Positions 9,616 to 25,690 of a stretch of 64,000 nucleotides of DNA are shown here, in pieces. Source of the DNA: Eledone cirrhosa (lineage: Eukaryota). The notes beneath the pieces were generated by a model that was given only the letters and a program-made list of their open reading frames with translations, did no database searches and had not been told where the DNA came from. Each line of letters opens with the position of its first letter. Position 1 is the first letter of the stretch. The translations under genes were made by a program, and so were the position numbers. The stretch is from NCBI GenBank assembly GCA_964016885.1, contig OZ024743.1, forward strand, positions 69,688,001 through 69,752,000. The letters run 5' to 3'.

Positions 9616-11071
9616 CAGTCCCTAATATATTAAGCGTTAAACTAAGATATTTATTCATTTTAATCTATTACTTGCTATTTATATATATACGAATGTCCAA
9701 CATGTAAAACAAGGTTACATTAAAATGGTATTATATGTTATTTTACTGTTTAATATAGTAGGAAAAGATGTATATCTTCGGACTTTTGTACTTCGAAAGT
9801 ACAAACTATGAATTTTTTTGACAATTCGACGATGAAATTTCAGTAATTTACTCATTCCTGATGTGATTTTTTTTTTTCCAATCGTAAATATCGTACGTCA
9901 CAGTTTGCGGTATATATGAAGGTTCTATGCAATAAGTGCGGCTGGCTAGTTCTTCTCACAAGTTACTGTTTTAAGAAACAAGGGTGTGCGAAACTACAAC
10001 GTCGATATTATTTTTTGAAACAACGTCTGTTAATTGCGAACCAACTCAGACTCTTCGTAAAAGTTTCAAATATGGCAGCAATTCTATGGCTTCATCCTAT
10101 TCATGAGAAATATTAAGAAATATAGATTATATAATGATGGGAGGATGAAATAATATAGTGTAACGTAAAAAGTGAAATTATATTTTCTATTCTCTTTTTG
10201 TTTTCCCTAACCATTCTACATTAAAACATTCTATATTTAACAAACTATAATAGAAAACACAGATATGTACTTACACACACACACATACACACACATACAC
10301 AGACACACACAGACACAGATAGACACACACACACACACACACAGACACACAGATACACAAACACACACAGACACACACACAGAGACACACACACAGACAC
10401 ACAGATACACAGACACACACATATACACACACACACACAGACACACACATACGCACACAGACACACACAGAGACGCACACACACACACACACACGCACAC
10501 ACACACATATATATACACACATGTATGTGTTATATATATATATATGTATACATATATATACACACATGCATGATTGTGTTATATATATATGTGAAGAAGA
10601 GAGAGAGAGAGAGAGAGAGGCAGGGAGACTGATACCAGTAATAAAATATATTATGAATTTTTATTGAAAGGAATAATAAGATTCTTAAAAGCGTTTGAAT
10701 GTATAAGTTAAAACGGAAATAATATTCAACCAACGAAATATATCTTTGATCACTGTATTGCTACAATATCGCTTTGTTCAAGTAATATGCTAACGGAATA
10801 TCAAGTGACAGAATAGCTGGTTCACAGAGAGAACAGTATGAAAAGAATTAACGGGGACAAACAGCGTGTGGCGGCCATTGATTCCATACTGGTTGATGAG
10901 CAACGTAGAGAAAGGAAATAAGAAAAATGGCGGTAACTAGTAACTCTAACATACTTTTCTACTTCCGGTGGAATCAAATTCAATTCAATATCTCTTGTAA
11001 GTATTTCACTTCATATTGTTGCACTTTTCCTATCTATCTATTTACGTACATATGTAATTGTGTGTATGTAT

Positions 11072-11119
<48 letters not shown>

Positions 11120-11141
11120 TCTCTGTGTGTGTGTATATTTG

Positions 11142-11203
<62 letters not shown>

Positions 11204-11503
11204 TGTATATACATGTGTGTGTATGTATACGTGTGTGTGTGTGTGTATGTGTATGTATGTGTGTGTGTGTGTTTAAAACATACAAAGTTCAAACGAACAA
11301 AGAAATCTCGATAAAATATATATGCAGTACGTACACTCATGAACACACAAACGTGCGTATGTGGGTGTGGAGATAGATATAGATAGATAGGTAGATAGAT
11401 AGATAGATAGATAGAGAGATGGAGAGAGGGATAGATAGATAGATAGATAGAGAGAGAGAAAGAGAGAGAGCGAGAAAGAGGGATAGAGAGTGAGAGAGAG
11501 AGT

Positions 11504-11546
<43 letters not shown>

Positions 11547-12513
11547 GAGATACGTATGCACATTCACACATAAGCGCACGCACAAATATGAGCACATGTA
11601 CACACGCATACATACACACATACTTAGGAATGGTATAACTATATGAAGTCTGTATGTGTTGCAAAGAGGCTTATGGAGAGTTAAAACAAGTATGTTTTGA
11701 ATTTTGCGTACATTAACTATAATAAGGTTGAATAAAATCGAAGATATAACTCATTGAGACTATAAAATGTAAAGAGATTTACCTGCTAGAATTCTACAAC
11801 ATAACTGCCGCATGACGGAAGAACGTCTTACCATTATACCAAGGGAAATCCTGTCATTCCTTTCCATTTTAATTAATGCTCATATCTTTCTGCTAGATTG
11901 TTAGAACGAAAACAATGAAAAGCTTCAAGAATATGTAGTAAGATTGAAATTTAAGAGTATGATTATATTTTGCCAAGACTACTACATCAGTTATTTATTC
12001 TAATATATATAAAGAATGGTAACACTGTTTCCCGGAATACGGAAGTGACGGGATTCTATTCCCACAAGTAATTTTATTCAATGTTTTCGGACTCAACTTA
12101 TTCTATCTCCGGTTGTGGTCCACTATAATACAATTAATACACGTTGTCTGTGTGTCTGTGTGTGGGGGAATTGTGTGGATGTGCGTGTGTGTGTGTTGTC
12201 AGTGATCGCAACTGTGCGCCATACGGCAGATGTGCGACTCCGTTCTTCAGACATTTTCTATCCACCTTTCTGTCTCCAACCGGAATTAGCCGGACGTATT
12301 CGTGACACCTTGTCATAATAAAAGGAAATGAATTTCAAATTTTCGAACTTACCCAAATTCTTCGTAAACGCATTGACTTCGTCAAATATTAAGATTTCAA
12401 TTTAACCCACGGTCAGGTCGCTCTGTGTAATGGTTAGTGTAGATAAGGTGGGATTATCTTCTGGTCATAAGTTTGCCGTATTAGTACCGGCAGCGTGTTA
12501 AAATACCAGCAAT

Positions 12514-12568
12514 AACTACTACTACTACTACTAATACTACAACAACAACAACGACAACAACAACAACA

Positions 12569-12626
<58 letters not shown>

Positions 12627-12701
12627 ATAATAATAATAATAATATAATACTACTACTACAACTACTACGACTACTACTACTACTACAATAACAACAAATA
12701 T

Positions 12702-12736
<35 letters not shown>

Positions 12737-12800
12737 TTACTACTACTACTACAATAGCAACAACTAATGCTACTACTACTACAACAATAACAAAAACACC
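12514..12800. repeat. Compound trinucleotide microsatellite (CTA)n/(CAA)n/(TAA)n
   Basis: Directly visible. Confidence 0.95.
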
Positions 12801-13129
12801 ATCATCACCAACAACAACAACAATTACGATAACAACAGTAATAACAACATCAATTCTAAGACCAGAACCTACACCACTACCACCAACACCATGTTTACCA
12901 ATACCTCCATCTCTACTAATATCTCGATACACAATATCACTATCCTAAATACCAACAACACCAACATCATCTATACCACCATCACCATCATCACTATCAC
13001 TATCATCACCATCACTATCATCACTATCATCACCATCATTACCATCACAATCACTACCACCGCAATCACCATCATCACCATCATCACTGTCAACATCATC
13101 ATCACCATCATCACCATCATTACCATAAC

Positions 13130-15305
13130 AATCACCAACACTACCACCATCACCAACACTACCACCACCACCAACACTATCACCCCACCAGCGCTACCAC
13201 CATCACCAACACTACCACCATCACCAACACTACCACCATCACCAACACTACCACTCTCACCAGCACTACCACCCCACCAACACTACCACCACCACCAACA
13301 CTACCACCATCACCAGCAATACCACCATCACCAACACTACCACCATCACCAACACTACCACCATCACCAACACTACCACCACCACCAACACTACCACCCC
13401 ACCAACACTACCACCATCACCAACACTAGCACCACCACGAACACTACCACCCCACCAACACTACCACCACCACCAAAACTACAACTATCACCAACATTAC
13501 CACCCCACCAACACTACCACCACCACCAACACTACCACCATCACCAACACTACCAACATCACCAACACTACCACCATCACCAACACTACCACCACCACGA
13601 ACACTACCACCCCACCAACACTACCACCATCACCAACACTACCACCACCACCAACACTACCACCCCACCAACACTACCACCCCACCAACACTACCACCAT
13701 CACCAACACTAATCACCATCAAAAACACTACAACCACCACCAACACTACCACCCCACCAACACTACCACCATCAGCAACACTACCAGCATCACCAACACT
13801 ACCACCACCACCAACACTACCACCCCACCAACACTACCACCATCACCAACACTACCACCATCACCAACACTACCAACATCACCAACATTACCACCATCAC
13901 CAACACTACCACCACCACCAACACTACCACCGTCACCAACACTACCACCATCTAAAACACTACCACCACCACCAACACTACCACCCCACCAACACTACCA
14001 CCATCACCAACACTACCACCATCACCAACACTACAACCATCACCAACACTACCAGCATCACCAACACTACCACCACCACCAACACTACCACCCCACCAAC
14101 ACTACCACCATCACCAACACTACCACCATCACCAACACTACCAACATCACCAACACTACCACCATCACCAACACTACCACCACCACGAACACTACCACCC
14201 CACCAACACTACCACCATCACCAACACTACCACCATCAACAACACTACCACCATCACCAACACTACCACCATCACCAACACTACCACCATCACCAACACT
14301 ACCACCATCACCAACAATACCACCACCACCAACACTACCACCGCCACCAACACTACCACCATCTAAACACTACCACCACCACCAACACTACCACTCCACC
14401 AACACTACCACCCCACCAACACTACCACCCCACCAACACTACCACCATCACCAACACTACCACCCCACCAACACTACCACCCCACCAACACTACCACCAA
14501 CACCAACACTACGACCCCACCAACACTACCGCCATCACCAACACTACCACCATCACCAACACTACCACCATCACCAACATTACCACCACCACCAACACTA
14601 CCACCACCACCAACACTACCACCATCACCAACACTACCACCATCACCAACACTACCACCATCACCAACACTACCACCATCACCAACACTACCACTCTCAC
14701 CAGCACTACCACCAACACCAACACTACGACCCCACCAACACTACCGCCATCACCAACACTACCACCATCACCAACACTACCACCATCACCAACACTACCA
14801 CCACCACCAACAATACCACCCCACCAACACTACCACCATCACCAGCACTACCACCAACACCAACACTACCACCATCACCAACACTACCACCATCACCAAC
14901 ACTACCACCCCACCAACACTACCACCACCACCAACACTACGACCCCACCAACACTACCACCGTCACCAACACTACCACTCTCACCAACACTACCACTCTC
15001 ACCAACACTACCACCACCACCAACACTACCACCATCACCAACACTACCACCATCACCAACACTACCACCACCACCAACACTACCACCACCACCAACACTA
15101 CCACCATCACCAACACTACCACCACCACCAACACTACCACCATCACCAACACTACCACTCTCACCAACACTACCACCACCACCAACACTACCACCATCAC
15201 CAACACTACCACCACCACCAACACTACCACCACCACCAACACTACCACCATCACCAACACTACCACCATCACCAACACTACCACTCTCACCAACACTACC
15301 ACCAC
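13130..15305. repeat. 18-bp minisatellite CACCAACACTACCACCAT (with 17-bp CCCC variants)
   Basis: Directly visible, >100 units. Confidence 0.95.
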
Positions 15306-16700
15306 CACCATCACTACCATCACCACCATCACTACCATCACTACCATCACCATCATCACTACCGTCACTACCATCACCACCATCACTACCATCACCACCA
15401 TCACCCCCATCACCACCATCACCACCATCACTACCATCACCACCATCAGTCCCATCACCACCATCACCACCATCACTACCATCACCACCATCACCACCAT
15501 CACTACCGTCACCACCATCACTACCATCACCACCATCACTACCATCACTACCAGCACCACCAACACTACCATCACCACCATCACTACCATCACCACCATC
15601 ACTACCGTCACCACCATTACTACCATCACTACCATCACCACCATCACTACCATCACCACCATCACTACCATCACCAACATCACTACCATCACCACCATCA
15701 CTACCGTCACCACCATTACTACCATCACTACCATCACCACCATCACTACCATCACCACCATCACTACCATCACCAACATCACTACCATCACCACCATCAC
15801 TACCGTCACCACCATTACTACCATCACCAACATCACTACCATCACCACCATCACTACCGTCACCACCATTACTACCATCACCACCATCACTACCATCACC
15901 ACCATCACTACCGTCACCACCATCACCACCATCACTACCATCACTACCATCACCACCATCACTACCATCACCACCATCACTACCGTCACCACCATCACTA
16001 CCATCACCACCATCACCACCATCACCACCATCACTACCATCACTACCATCACCACCATCACTACCATCACCACCATCACCACCATCACTACCATCACTAC
16101 CATCACCACCATCACTACCATCACCACCATCACTACCATCACCACCATCACTACCATCACCACCATCACCACCATCACTACCATCACTATCATCACTACC
16201 GTCACCACCATCACCACCATCACCACCATCACTACCATCATCACCATCACTACCATCACCACCATCACTACCGTCACCATCACCACCATTACTACCATCA
16301 CTACCATCACTACCATCACCACCATCACCAACATCACCACCATCACTACCATCACCACCATCACTACCGTCACTACCATCACCACCATCACCACCATTAT
16401 TACCATCACCACCATCACTACCATCACCACCATCACTACCATCACTACCATCACTACCATCACCAACATCACTACCATCACCACCATCACCACCATCACT
16501 ACCATCACCATCATCACTACCGTCACCACCATCACTACCAGCACCACCATCACTACCATGACTACCATCACCACCATCACCACCATCACTACCATCACCA
16601 CCATCACTACCGTCACCACCATAACCACCATCACCACCATCACTACCATCACCACCATCACTACCGTCACCACCATCACTGCCATCACCACCATCACCAA
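15306..16700. repeat. 9-bp-based minisatellite (CACTACCAT/CACCACCAT)
   Basis: Directly visible; generates the 622-aa and 587-aa shadow ORFs. Confidence 0.95.
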
Positions 16701-16802
16701 TACAATTCACGCCTTCAGTCTTACCATTACGATCACCAACACCGACATCATCATCAACACAACCCAGCAACCATGTTTCCCATTATCCCTCCAATCAACA
16801 AG

Positions 16803-17783
16803 CTACAAACAGCATCATTCCCACAACCAGCACCAGTGGTAACGTCACCACCCACATTCTACAAACAGCATCATTCCCACAACCACCACCAGTGGTAACG
16901 TCACCACCCACATTCTACAAACAGCATCATTCCCACAACCACACACCCGTGGTAACGTCACCACCCACATTTCACAAACATCATCATTCCCACAACCACC
17001 ACCAGTGGTAACGTCACCACCCACATTCTACAAACAGCATCATTCCCACAACCACCACCAGTGGTAACGTCACCACCCACATTCTACAAACAGCATCATT
17101 CCCACAACCACCACCAGTGGTAAAGTCACCACCCACATTCTACAAACAGCATCATTCCCACAACCACCACCAGTGGTAACGTCACCACCCACATTCTACA
17201 AACAGCATCATTCCCACAACCACCACCAGTGGTAACGTCACCACCCACATTCTACAAACAGCATCATTCCCACAACCACCACCAGTGGTAACGTCACCAC
17301 CCACATTCTACAAACATCATCATTCCCACAACCACCACCAGTGGTAACGTCACCACCCACATTCTACAAACAGCATCATTCCCACAACCACCACCAGTGG
17401 TAACGTCACCACCCACATTCTACAAACATCATCATTCCCACAACCACCACCAGTGGTAACGTCACCACCCACATTCTACAAACAGCATCATTCCCACAAC
17501 CACCACCAGTGGTAACGTCACCACCCACATTCTACAAACATCATCATTCCCACAACCACCACCAGTGGTAACGTCACCACCCACATTCTACAAACAGCAT
17601 CATTCCCACAACCACCACCAGTGGTAACGTCACCACCCACATTCTACAAACATCATCATTCCCACAACCACCACCAGTGGTAACGTCACCACCCACATTC
17701 TACAAACATCATCATTCCCACAACCACCACCAGTGGTAACGTCACCACCCACATTCTACAAACAGCATCGTTCCCACAACCAC
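16803..17783. repeat. 56-bp tandem repeat, ~17.5 highly similar copies
   Basis: Unit CTACAAACAGCATCATTCCCACAACCACCACCAGTGGTAACGTCACCACCCACATT starting at 16803, 16859, 16915 and onward. Confidence 0.95.
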
Positions 17784-18555
17784 AACCACCACCACCACCA
17801 TTAACATAATCATCACAAACACCACCATCGCCACAAGAAACACACCCTTCACCAACACTACAGTTAGAAACAACACAACGACTGACACCAGAATCATCAT
17901 CAGCATCATTATCAACACCACCACAGAAGCAACAACACCACTACCACCAGCAACATCATCAATACCACTACCACCACCACCACCACTACCACTACATACA
18001 CCCCCACCACCACCACCACAAGGAACAGAGCCATCGACATCATTGTAGTTACAAACAACACATTCAACACCAGCGTCAGCATCAACACCAACACCAACAA
18101 CACCACGACCACCAACAACACCAACACCACCACCACCACCACCACCCGCATCACCACCACCACCACCACTAGCACCAGCACCACCAGCACCACCAGCACC
18201 ACCAGCACCACCAGCCCCAACACCACCACCACCACCACCACCACCAACAACAACAACTACAACACCAACAACACCACCAGCATCAGCACCAGCACCAGCA
18301 CCACCACCACTAGCACCATCACCACCACTAGCACCAACACCAGCACCACCACCATCAACAACACCACCATCACCACCACCACCACACCGTCCATTACTTC
18401 TACAATAATCTCCGATTGTTAAGAAACAGTAAAAGAAACAAGTAAACAATTTTACCCGTCAATTATCATCAATATTGGCGGCAAATTCGCCTCATCTACC
18501 ATATTAACCATCTTTAGCACCACTAGCAATAAATCCACCTCCAACACACGACAAC

Positions 18556-18830
18556 CCAACACCACCACGCCACTAACTACCTAATCGCCCCCCTCCCCCC
18601 TACACTATAACATCTCCCAACACCACCACACCACTAACTACCTAATCCACCCCCTACACTATAACATCTCCCAACACCACCACACCAATAACTACCTAAT
18701 GCCCCCCCCCACTCTATAACATCTCCCAACACCACCACACCACTAACTACCTACGCCTCCCCGCCCCACTATAACATATCCCAACACCACCACACCACTA
18801 ACAACACCACCCCTCCCACTATAACATATT
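18556..18830. repeat. ~55-bp diverged tandem repeat, ~5 copies
   Basis: CACTATAACATCTCCCAACACCACCACACCACTAACTACCTA recurring. Confidence 0.85.
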
Positions 18831-18993
18831 AGCTAGCTACACTTCCACCTACCCTCCACATTCAACACATTAACAAGTCACAACACTTCCCGTGTTCATT
18901 TAAACAGCCTTTCAGATTGAATCTTATCCGCTGTTTAAACTCTTCATTTGCTCGCTTTCTTATTACATTATTTTACACAAGCGTTCACCCACA

Positions 18994-19109
<116 letters not shown>

Positions 19110-19554
19110 CTCACACACACTCACACACATACACGCATATATACATAAATACTCATGGAGACAAACACACACACACATAGTATATATATATATATATATA
19201 TAAATAAAGTGTGTGTATGCATGTATGTATGATATATCTATTTATGCATGTATGTATGATATATCTATTTAATCACATACATATTTTCGGTTATATATAT
19301 ATATATATATATGTAAATATATATATATACATATGTATATATAAATGTATATATATAGATCAAACAATTTCCGCCATTTTTCACAAGTCCCATGTATGAT
19401 ATTGAATACATTTGCGCATCTTACTGCACATTAGTGGTAATTTGCGTTCACTTAGATAGCTATATATGAACACATGCGCATATAACGTAATTGCAGAAGG
19501 ATTTCAAATTGCACAACATAATGGGGATTTTGGCGTTCATTAAGCTTCATTCTG

Positions 19555-19655
<101 letters not shown>

Positions 19656-20166
19656 TATGTATATATATACATATATATATATACGTATATATATACATAT
19701 ATATATGTATATATATGTATATATATGTATATATATATATATGTATATATATATATGTATATATATGTATATATATATATATATATGTGTGTATGTGTGT
19801 GTGTGTGTGTACGACTATGCATATATATATATATAATGGGTGCTTCTAGAAAATTGTACATGTTATCCTTATATACACAGAAGTGTGAATATATGTATGT
19901 GTCTATATGTATATATATATATATATATAATGAATTTATATATATATGTGTGTGTATGTTTTATTGGTATAGGTATATATCTATATCTATATACATATAT
20001 ACACATATACATATGTACACACATATGTAAACACACACACATATATATATATATGTGTATTTTTATATATGTGTATATATGTAGGGATATATATAATTAT
20101 ATATGTAATCATCTATATATGTATATATGCATATATATATGCATCTGTATATATGTATACGTGTGT

Positions 20167-20224
<58 letters not shown>

Positions 20225-20754
20225 ATGTGTTGTATGTATATAGCTGTACACGTCTATACTTGTTTGTATAGATGAGTATATATATAAATGTTTGCTTGTA
20301 TAGGTGTGTTTTTGTGTGAAAATTTGTGTACGTATTTAGATGTGTTCTTGCAAAATTGACGGAAAACATTTCGTTGAAAGCATTTCATTCAATACAATAG
20401 ATTGTATTTAGAAAAGGCAAGTCTGTTTTATGAGATCTGGTAATAGAGTATTTGCTTTTTCACTAGTAGAATATTAGTAAATAGATACATACTGTTTGAA
20501 ATGCAATTTGATCTAGCAAATTTGTTCTTTATACTCACCTAATACTTTCTATATGTCTATATACTACCACTTAATTTACCTCCTTTTATAAAGTTTTATT
20601 CACTTATTTGTTCATGTGTTTTCTTCAGAGATGTCTTTGTAAGAGATTTTACATTTTCCCTCTCGCTTCGTCGTATATGTCCTTGATGTATGGAGACTCT
20701 TCTTTATATTAAGGAATATATTTTCTACTCTTGGACACGTGCCGGTAATAATAG

Positions 20755-20920
20755 TTTCTGATTTAGGCAGAGGTCAAACTATTTGGAGGATGTGAAAGTC
20801 GATTAAATCGACCCAGTACTTAGCTGGTACTTTATCCTATTGATCCTAGAAAGGGGGAAAGGCAAAGGTGACCGCGGTGGGATTTGAAACTAGAATGTAG
20901 ACGGCCGTAACGAAATGTAT
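20755..20920 (-). mobile_element. tRNA-derived SINE
   Basis: Reverse complement of the 9125 family: CTGGTACTTT...GAAAGGCAAAGG...GGGATTTGAA. Confidence 0.75.
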
Positions 20921-21159
20921 TTCTTCCGATTTACTATCAATAGCATTGAACATATTTATTTTTGGTGTTCAGGATTTAAATGCCATATATTCCAGGATTA
21001 CAGGATAGATGAATAATCATAGAAACTGGGCAATTCGCGTTGTGGTGAATGTTATTGTCTGTGTAAGAGAAACCGAATGAGTCATGTGGAAGTAATTAAG
21101 GATAAAAAATGGTATTTTAATATTTTGTGAGGGGATCCATTCATGACATGCATTGGCCA

Positions 21160-21310
21160 ATAACACCCCAGGGAGTCGGAGGACCATGCATTGACATACG
21201 GCGCCTTTAGGGCATGTTAAAACCTGGCGGAGTCCATCTCTCCAGATCTGAATGCAGCAGATTTCCTCCAGAGAAGGATACAGAGTAAGAAAATGGAAGT
21301 GAGAAAGTGA
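21160..21310 (-). repeat. Unclassified dispersed repeat (second copy at 40680-40800, plus strand)
   Basis: Shared TATCCTTCTCTGGAGGAAATCTG.TG.ATTCAGA segment. Confidence 0.6.
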
Positions 21311-21319
21311 TATAGATGA

Positions 21320-21478
21320 GGAATCGACCTCAGTACTTGACTGGTAGTGTTTTATCAACCTCGAATGGATCCAAGACAAAGTTCACCTCAGTGGAATTTG
21401 AACTCAGAGATCAAAGAGCCAAAACGAATAGAACAAATCTTTCTATCCGACATTCAAACGACGCTATCAATTCACCGA
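21320..21478 (-). mobile_element. tRNA-derived SINE
   Basis: CAGTACTTGACTGGTA...GGAATTTGAACTCAGA. Confidence 0.7.
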
Positions 21479-23201
21479 TTTCAAAGATATAAAATAAATG
21501 TTCAACATAAATATACAAATGATAAACCGAATTAAATATGTGAGTAATCTTGCCGAAATAACTATTTATGGGACAAATATACACATGTTTAATACTAACT
21601 CCATCGCATTTCTTTATAAAATTCACAATCCTAGTTCCTTTGAATTATATTCTATAAGCTCCCTTTTATCCTCAGTATGCAATTTACATTTGGACAAGAA
21701 TGTTTTTAATTCTTTAGGAGGACCAAATTACAATGGTCAGTGGATGACCAGTTTACAACTGGTCAGTTTTTACACTGTTTCTTATTGGAAGAGTGAAGTA
21801 AAATATAACAGTCTACACTGTGCACGCTGTGTGAACGTGCGTGTGTGTGGGGTGGGGTATGTGGAGTGGGAATGTTGGGTGGTGTATGTGTGGTGGGTAT
21901 GTGGGGTATTTTCATCTATATATGTACACTGAAACAAATTCCTAACAAGAGCTGGACATGGAAGAAACAAATTCCCATTGGCTCCGACTCCATTTCACTT
22001 CCCATCTTTTACTATTATAATTAAATGGGGGCCAAAGCGCTGGCCGCAGTTCAAATATATCTACTATGAAGAACAATGTTAAGCCAATGACATCCATTGA
22101 AACAGAAACTTATGTCCATAACTATCCCCTGTTTCTAAAACAAATATCATATTCTCTTTATCTTCTCGTACGTCAAATCTTTGTTCACCTTTCTCTAAAA
22201 TCACTGACCTCCTTAGCTAATATTCTCATTCTGAATTAACCAATACCATTATGATGTTAGACTCTCTCTGAACGTATAGCCAATCTGCATACATGATGCC
22301 TCTTTACACGCATCAGAGGATAACTAACACTGACTATTAAAAAGAGAGTTGTTATGTAAGCTCGCAAGTATCCTATATGTATGTCGATGGATCTTACAAA
22401 CTAAGTTGTATATGTAAACATAAATAAGCAGAAGTGTAAAATTATGTACACCAGTGTGTCTTAAATCCATCCACCCATCCATCCATATATCTATACATGC
22501 ATACATTCTTCTCATATCCTCTTATATGATATTGGCAGCTCATAAATTAATGAGCGCTTCTAGAATCTCATAGTAACATCATCAGGAGTAGTGTTGTTTA
22601 TTTTACTGCATTGTTTTTATTGTAGTCATGTATATTTTATCAAATGGCTTGTTGTCCTCTCTGTTCGCCTGGATTATATAGTATTCTTACCGAAAGTTGA
22701 ATCTTAATCTTGACTGATAGTTCTATGTTACATGGTTATGACGTGTGTATGTTGGTGTATGTGACTAGCATTGAACTGTATATTGATATTGCCTGTACAT
22801 TGCGATATAATATCACTTACATCATTAAACGTTTTTTTGTGTTCCAGGTTCTGTAAATATAGATATTTTTCGTTAATGTTCTTCTCTCTAAAGATGTTGG
22901 GTTTTGCAATTGCCCCTTGTTGTAGATACATGGCGAGCCATCGAGATAGGGTTATACTTGTGTAGCCAACGCCAGAGCCAGAGAGATAGGTGTGTGTGTG
23001 TGGGGGGGGGGGGGGGTTAGGCGAGATGTAGTGATAGAGGGTGAGAGTAAGAGAGAAGTAAAAATATAGCACTGAAGAGGGTGAATGAGATAGATAGTGC
23101 TAAATATCGAGATTTAGATTGGAAGAAAGACACAACGAAAAGGAAAAAGAGAGAACGAGAGAGAGGGAGAGAGAGAGAAAGAGAGAGAGAGATTATGTCG
23201 A

Positions 23202-23236
<35 letters not shown>

Positions 23237-23494
23237 TCAAAGAAAACAAGCAAATATATAAAATATATAAAACAAGACAACAAGCCGTAAATAAGTCACA
23301 AGCATAGCAAAAAAAGAAAACATATATACACGAAGCAATGACTGAAGGGAAACATTTTCATCTGAATCAAATTGCTGAGAACGGAAATACAAACAGGCAA
23401 ATATATAATAATAATAATAACAATAATAATAATAATAATGATAATGATGATGATGTTAATAATAATAATAATAACAACAACAACAACAACAAAT

Positions 23495-23528
<34 letters not shown>

Positions 23529-23616
23529 GAATATACTTAAAAAACACACTGCCAACAAACAACAAACAATGTATATGTAAATAAAAACAACCAAAAACCA
23601 CACATAATCATACACT

Positions 23617-23677
<61 letters not shown>

Positions 23678-24460
23678 TGAGAGAGGGAGAAAGAGAGAAA
23701 GAGAGAGATATGTGTGCGAGAGAGAGAGAGAAAGAGAAATAAAACCAAAAAGACAGAAAGAAATTGTAGTATAAAAACAAAAACAATACTAATAGGGGTT
23801 AAACAAGACAAAACATGCTACAGCGTCAATAACAACAACAACAATAATAGTAATAATAGCAGCAACAGAAACAATAACAGCGCCACCAACAACAATAACG
23901 ATAAAAATAGCAACAAGGGGGAAATGAAAGCAAAGAAAACAAAAAATACTTAACAAGAAACTCACAGGAAAAAAAATAAGAACGAAAAAACTGGTGCGGA
24001 ATATGGTGAAATTGTTAATTATAGGTGAAGTAGTCGGCCATTTTGTTACAGATTCTTGTGGCAATAAATTGTTCTTTTGATGTTTTCGTATATGTTTAGT
24101 TCCTCGGCAAATATCACGGGAAGCCACATAGCTGCCCTTCATAAAGGTCGATCTTCTCTTCCATTTTCATCTAAAGGCGAGGCCCCCATTTATTTATTTA
24201 CTTTGTGTGTTTTTTTTTCAATGGACTTCAGTGCTATTTTTTCTCTCTCTCCTTTCTATCATTCCATCACATTTGTATTTATTTGTTGATTAGTTTCTTT
24301 ATTCATTTCGTATATTGTCTTTTATTTATTTATTTACATTTTCTATTGCTCGTTTATTTATTTCATTTATTCTATCGTTCATTAGGTTATATATATATAT
24401 ATTTCATCATTTATACCGTTTATTGGTACATCTGATCATCTGTTGTGTGTGTATATATAT

Positions 24461-24539
<79 letters not shown>

Positions 24540-24542
<3 letters not shown>

Positions 24543-24737
24543 CGAAGGAAGTGTGGTAAGGAACCAGGTGGACCATAACGCACCTGAGTACTCAATACTT
24601 AGGGTAGTAGAGTGGGTAATAGGAAAATGTTAAAGATCCCGACGGCAGAGCTCAAGCCGTTTCGACGGCTATTCAGTCCAGAAATAGTCGTCGAAACGGC
24701 TTGAGCTCTGCCGTCGGGGTCTTGAACATTTTCCTAT
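24540..24737 (-). mobile_element. Family-A fold-back hammerhead-bearing element in (TA)n
   Basis: Inverted arms 24619-24673 / 24683-24737, turning in the stem II loop; GAAA-CGGC-ttgagctct-GCCG-TC on both strands. Confidence 0.85.
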
Positions 24738-24774
24738 ATATACATATATATATATAGACACACGCACACACACC

Positions 24775-24837
<63 letters not shown>

Positions 24838-24839
<2 letters not shown>

Positions 24840-25010
24840 AAGGCGGGTAAAATTCCCGAGATCCATGGACGAGTTCTCTCCAGCGGTCTCTGTCCCTCAT
24901 TATCGCTGCCATGTCCTGCGTCTCCAACAGAACAGTGTCTGTCCTTAGGGCATCAACATACGTTAACCTTGGTCTTCCTCTTCTAGTGTGTCCATGATAC
25001 ATTGGCTCCC
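24838..25010 (-). mobile_element. RTE-clade LINE 3' end (non-inverted segment)
   Basis: Minus-strand translation HGHTRRGRPRLTYVDALRTDT...[20 protein letters not shown]; the stop is immediately followed by (TA)n. Confidence 0.85.
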
Positions 25011-25690
25011 TACCTTTTTATCATCGTAGTGGACTATTGCACTGGAGAAACACCAGGAATCTGGCTTTACTGTAGCACCGGCTCAGAGCAGGAGAGTTAG
25101 GGCGAAAAAGGCATCGGATGCTGAATTTGCCGACGACATAGTTTTGGTGACAAATACAGTGAAGGAGGCAGAGGATTTGATGCGGGAGGTTGAGACTGTG
25201 TCGATGAGTGTGGGGCTGAGAATGAATGAGACTAAAACAAAATACCTGGTAGAGAATGTTGAGAAGCCAGAGGCGATCACTAATGTAGGCGGGAAGCCGC
25301 TAGAATTGGTTGAGGGCTTCCTGTATTTGGGAGCAAAGATTGGGAATACGGAAAATGATGTGGTTGAGAGGAAGAGCAAGGCCTCAGCGGCGTGCCACAG
25401 CTTGAGATCGGTGTGGAAGTCGGACCTTCGTAGAGACCTGAAAATCCGCCTCTTCATTGCTGTAGTGGAGTCTGTGCTGCTGTATGGGTCTGAGACTTGG
25501 ACACTGACCAAGAAACTCACTCAGATGGTGGATGGGTGCTACACGAGAATGCTGAGGATGGCTCTGAACATTAATCAGTATACACTGAGGATGAAAACTC
25601 AGAGATGTATGGGAGCATCCCAAAAGTCAGCTCAAAAGTGACACAGAGGAGACTGAGGTTAGCTGGACATGCTCACGGACATCCAGAGTT

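Noticed and set aside
12891-13712. His/Pro/Thr-rich ORF (also 55681-56238)
   Set aside because: Shadow of CAC-rich repeats
14902-16770. 622-aa Gly/Asp/Ser ORF resembling acidic biomineralisation proteins (and the 587-aa Val/Met ORF)
   Set aside because: Both are translations of a 9/18-bp minisatellite that is open in several frames; there is no signal peptide or unique domain
16803-17783. Regular repeats with an internal hairpin, superficially CRISPR-like
   Set aside because: Contiguous tandem units with no unique spacers, no cas genes and a eukaryotic context
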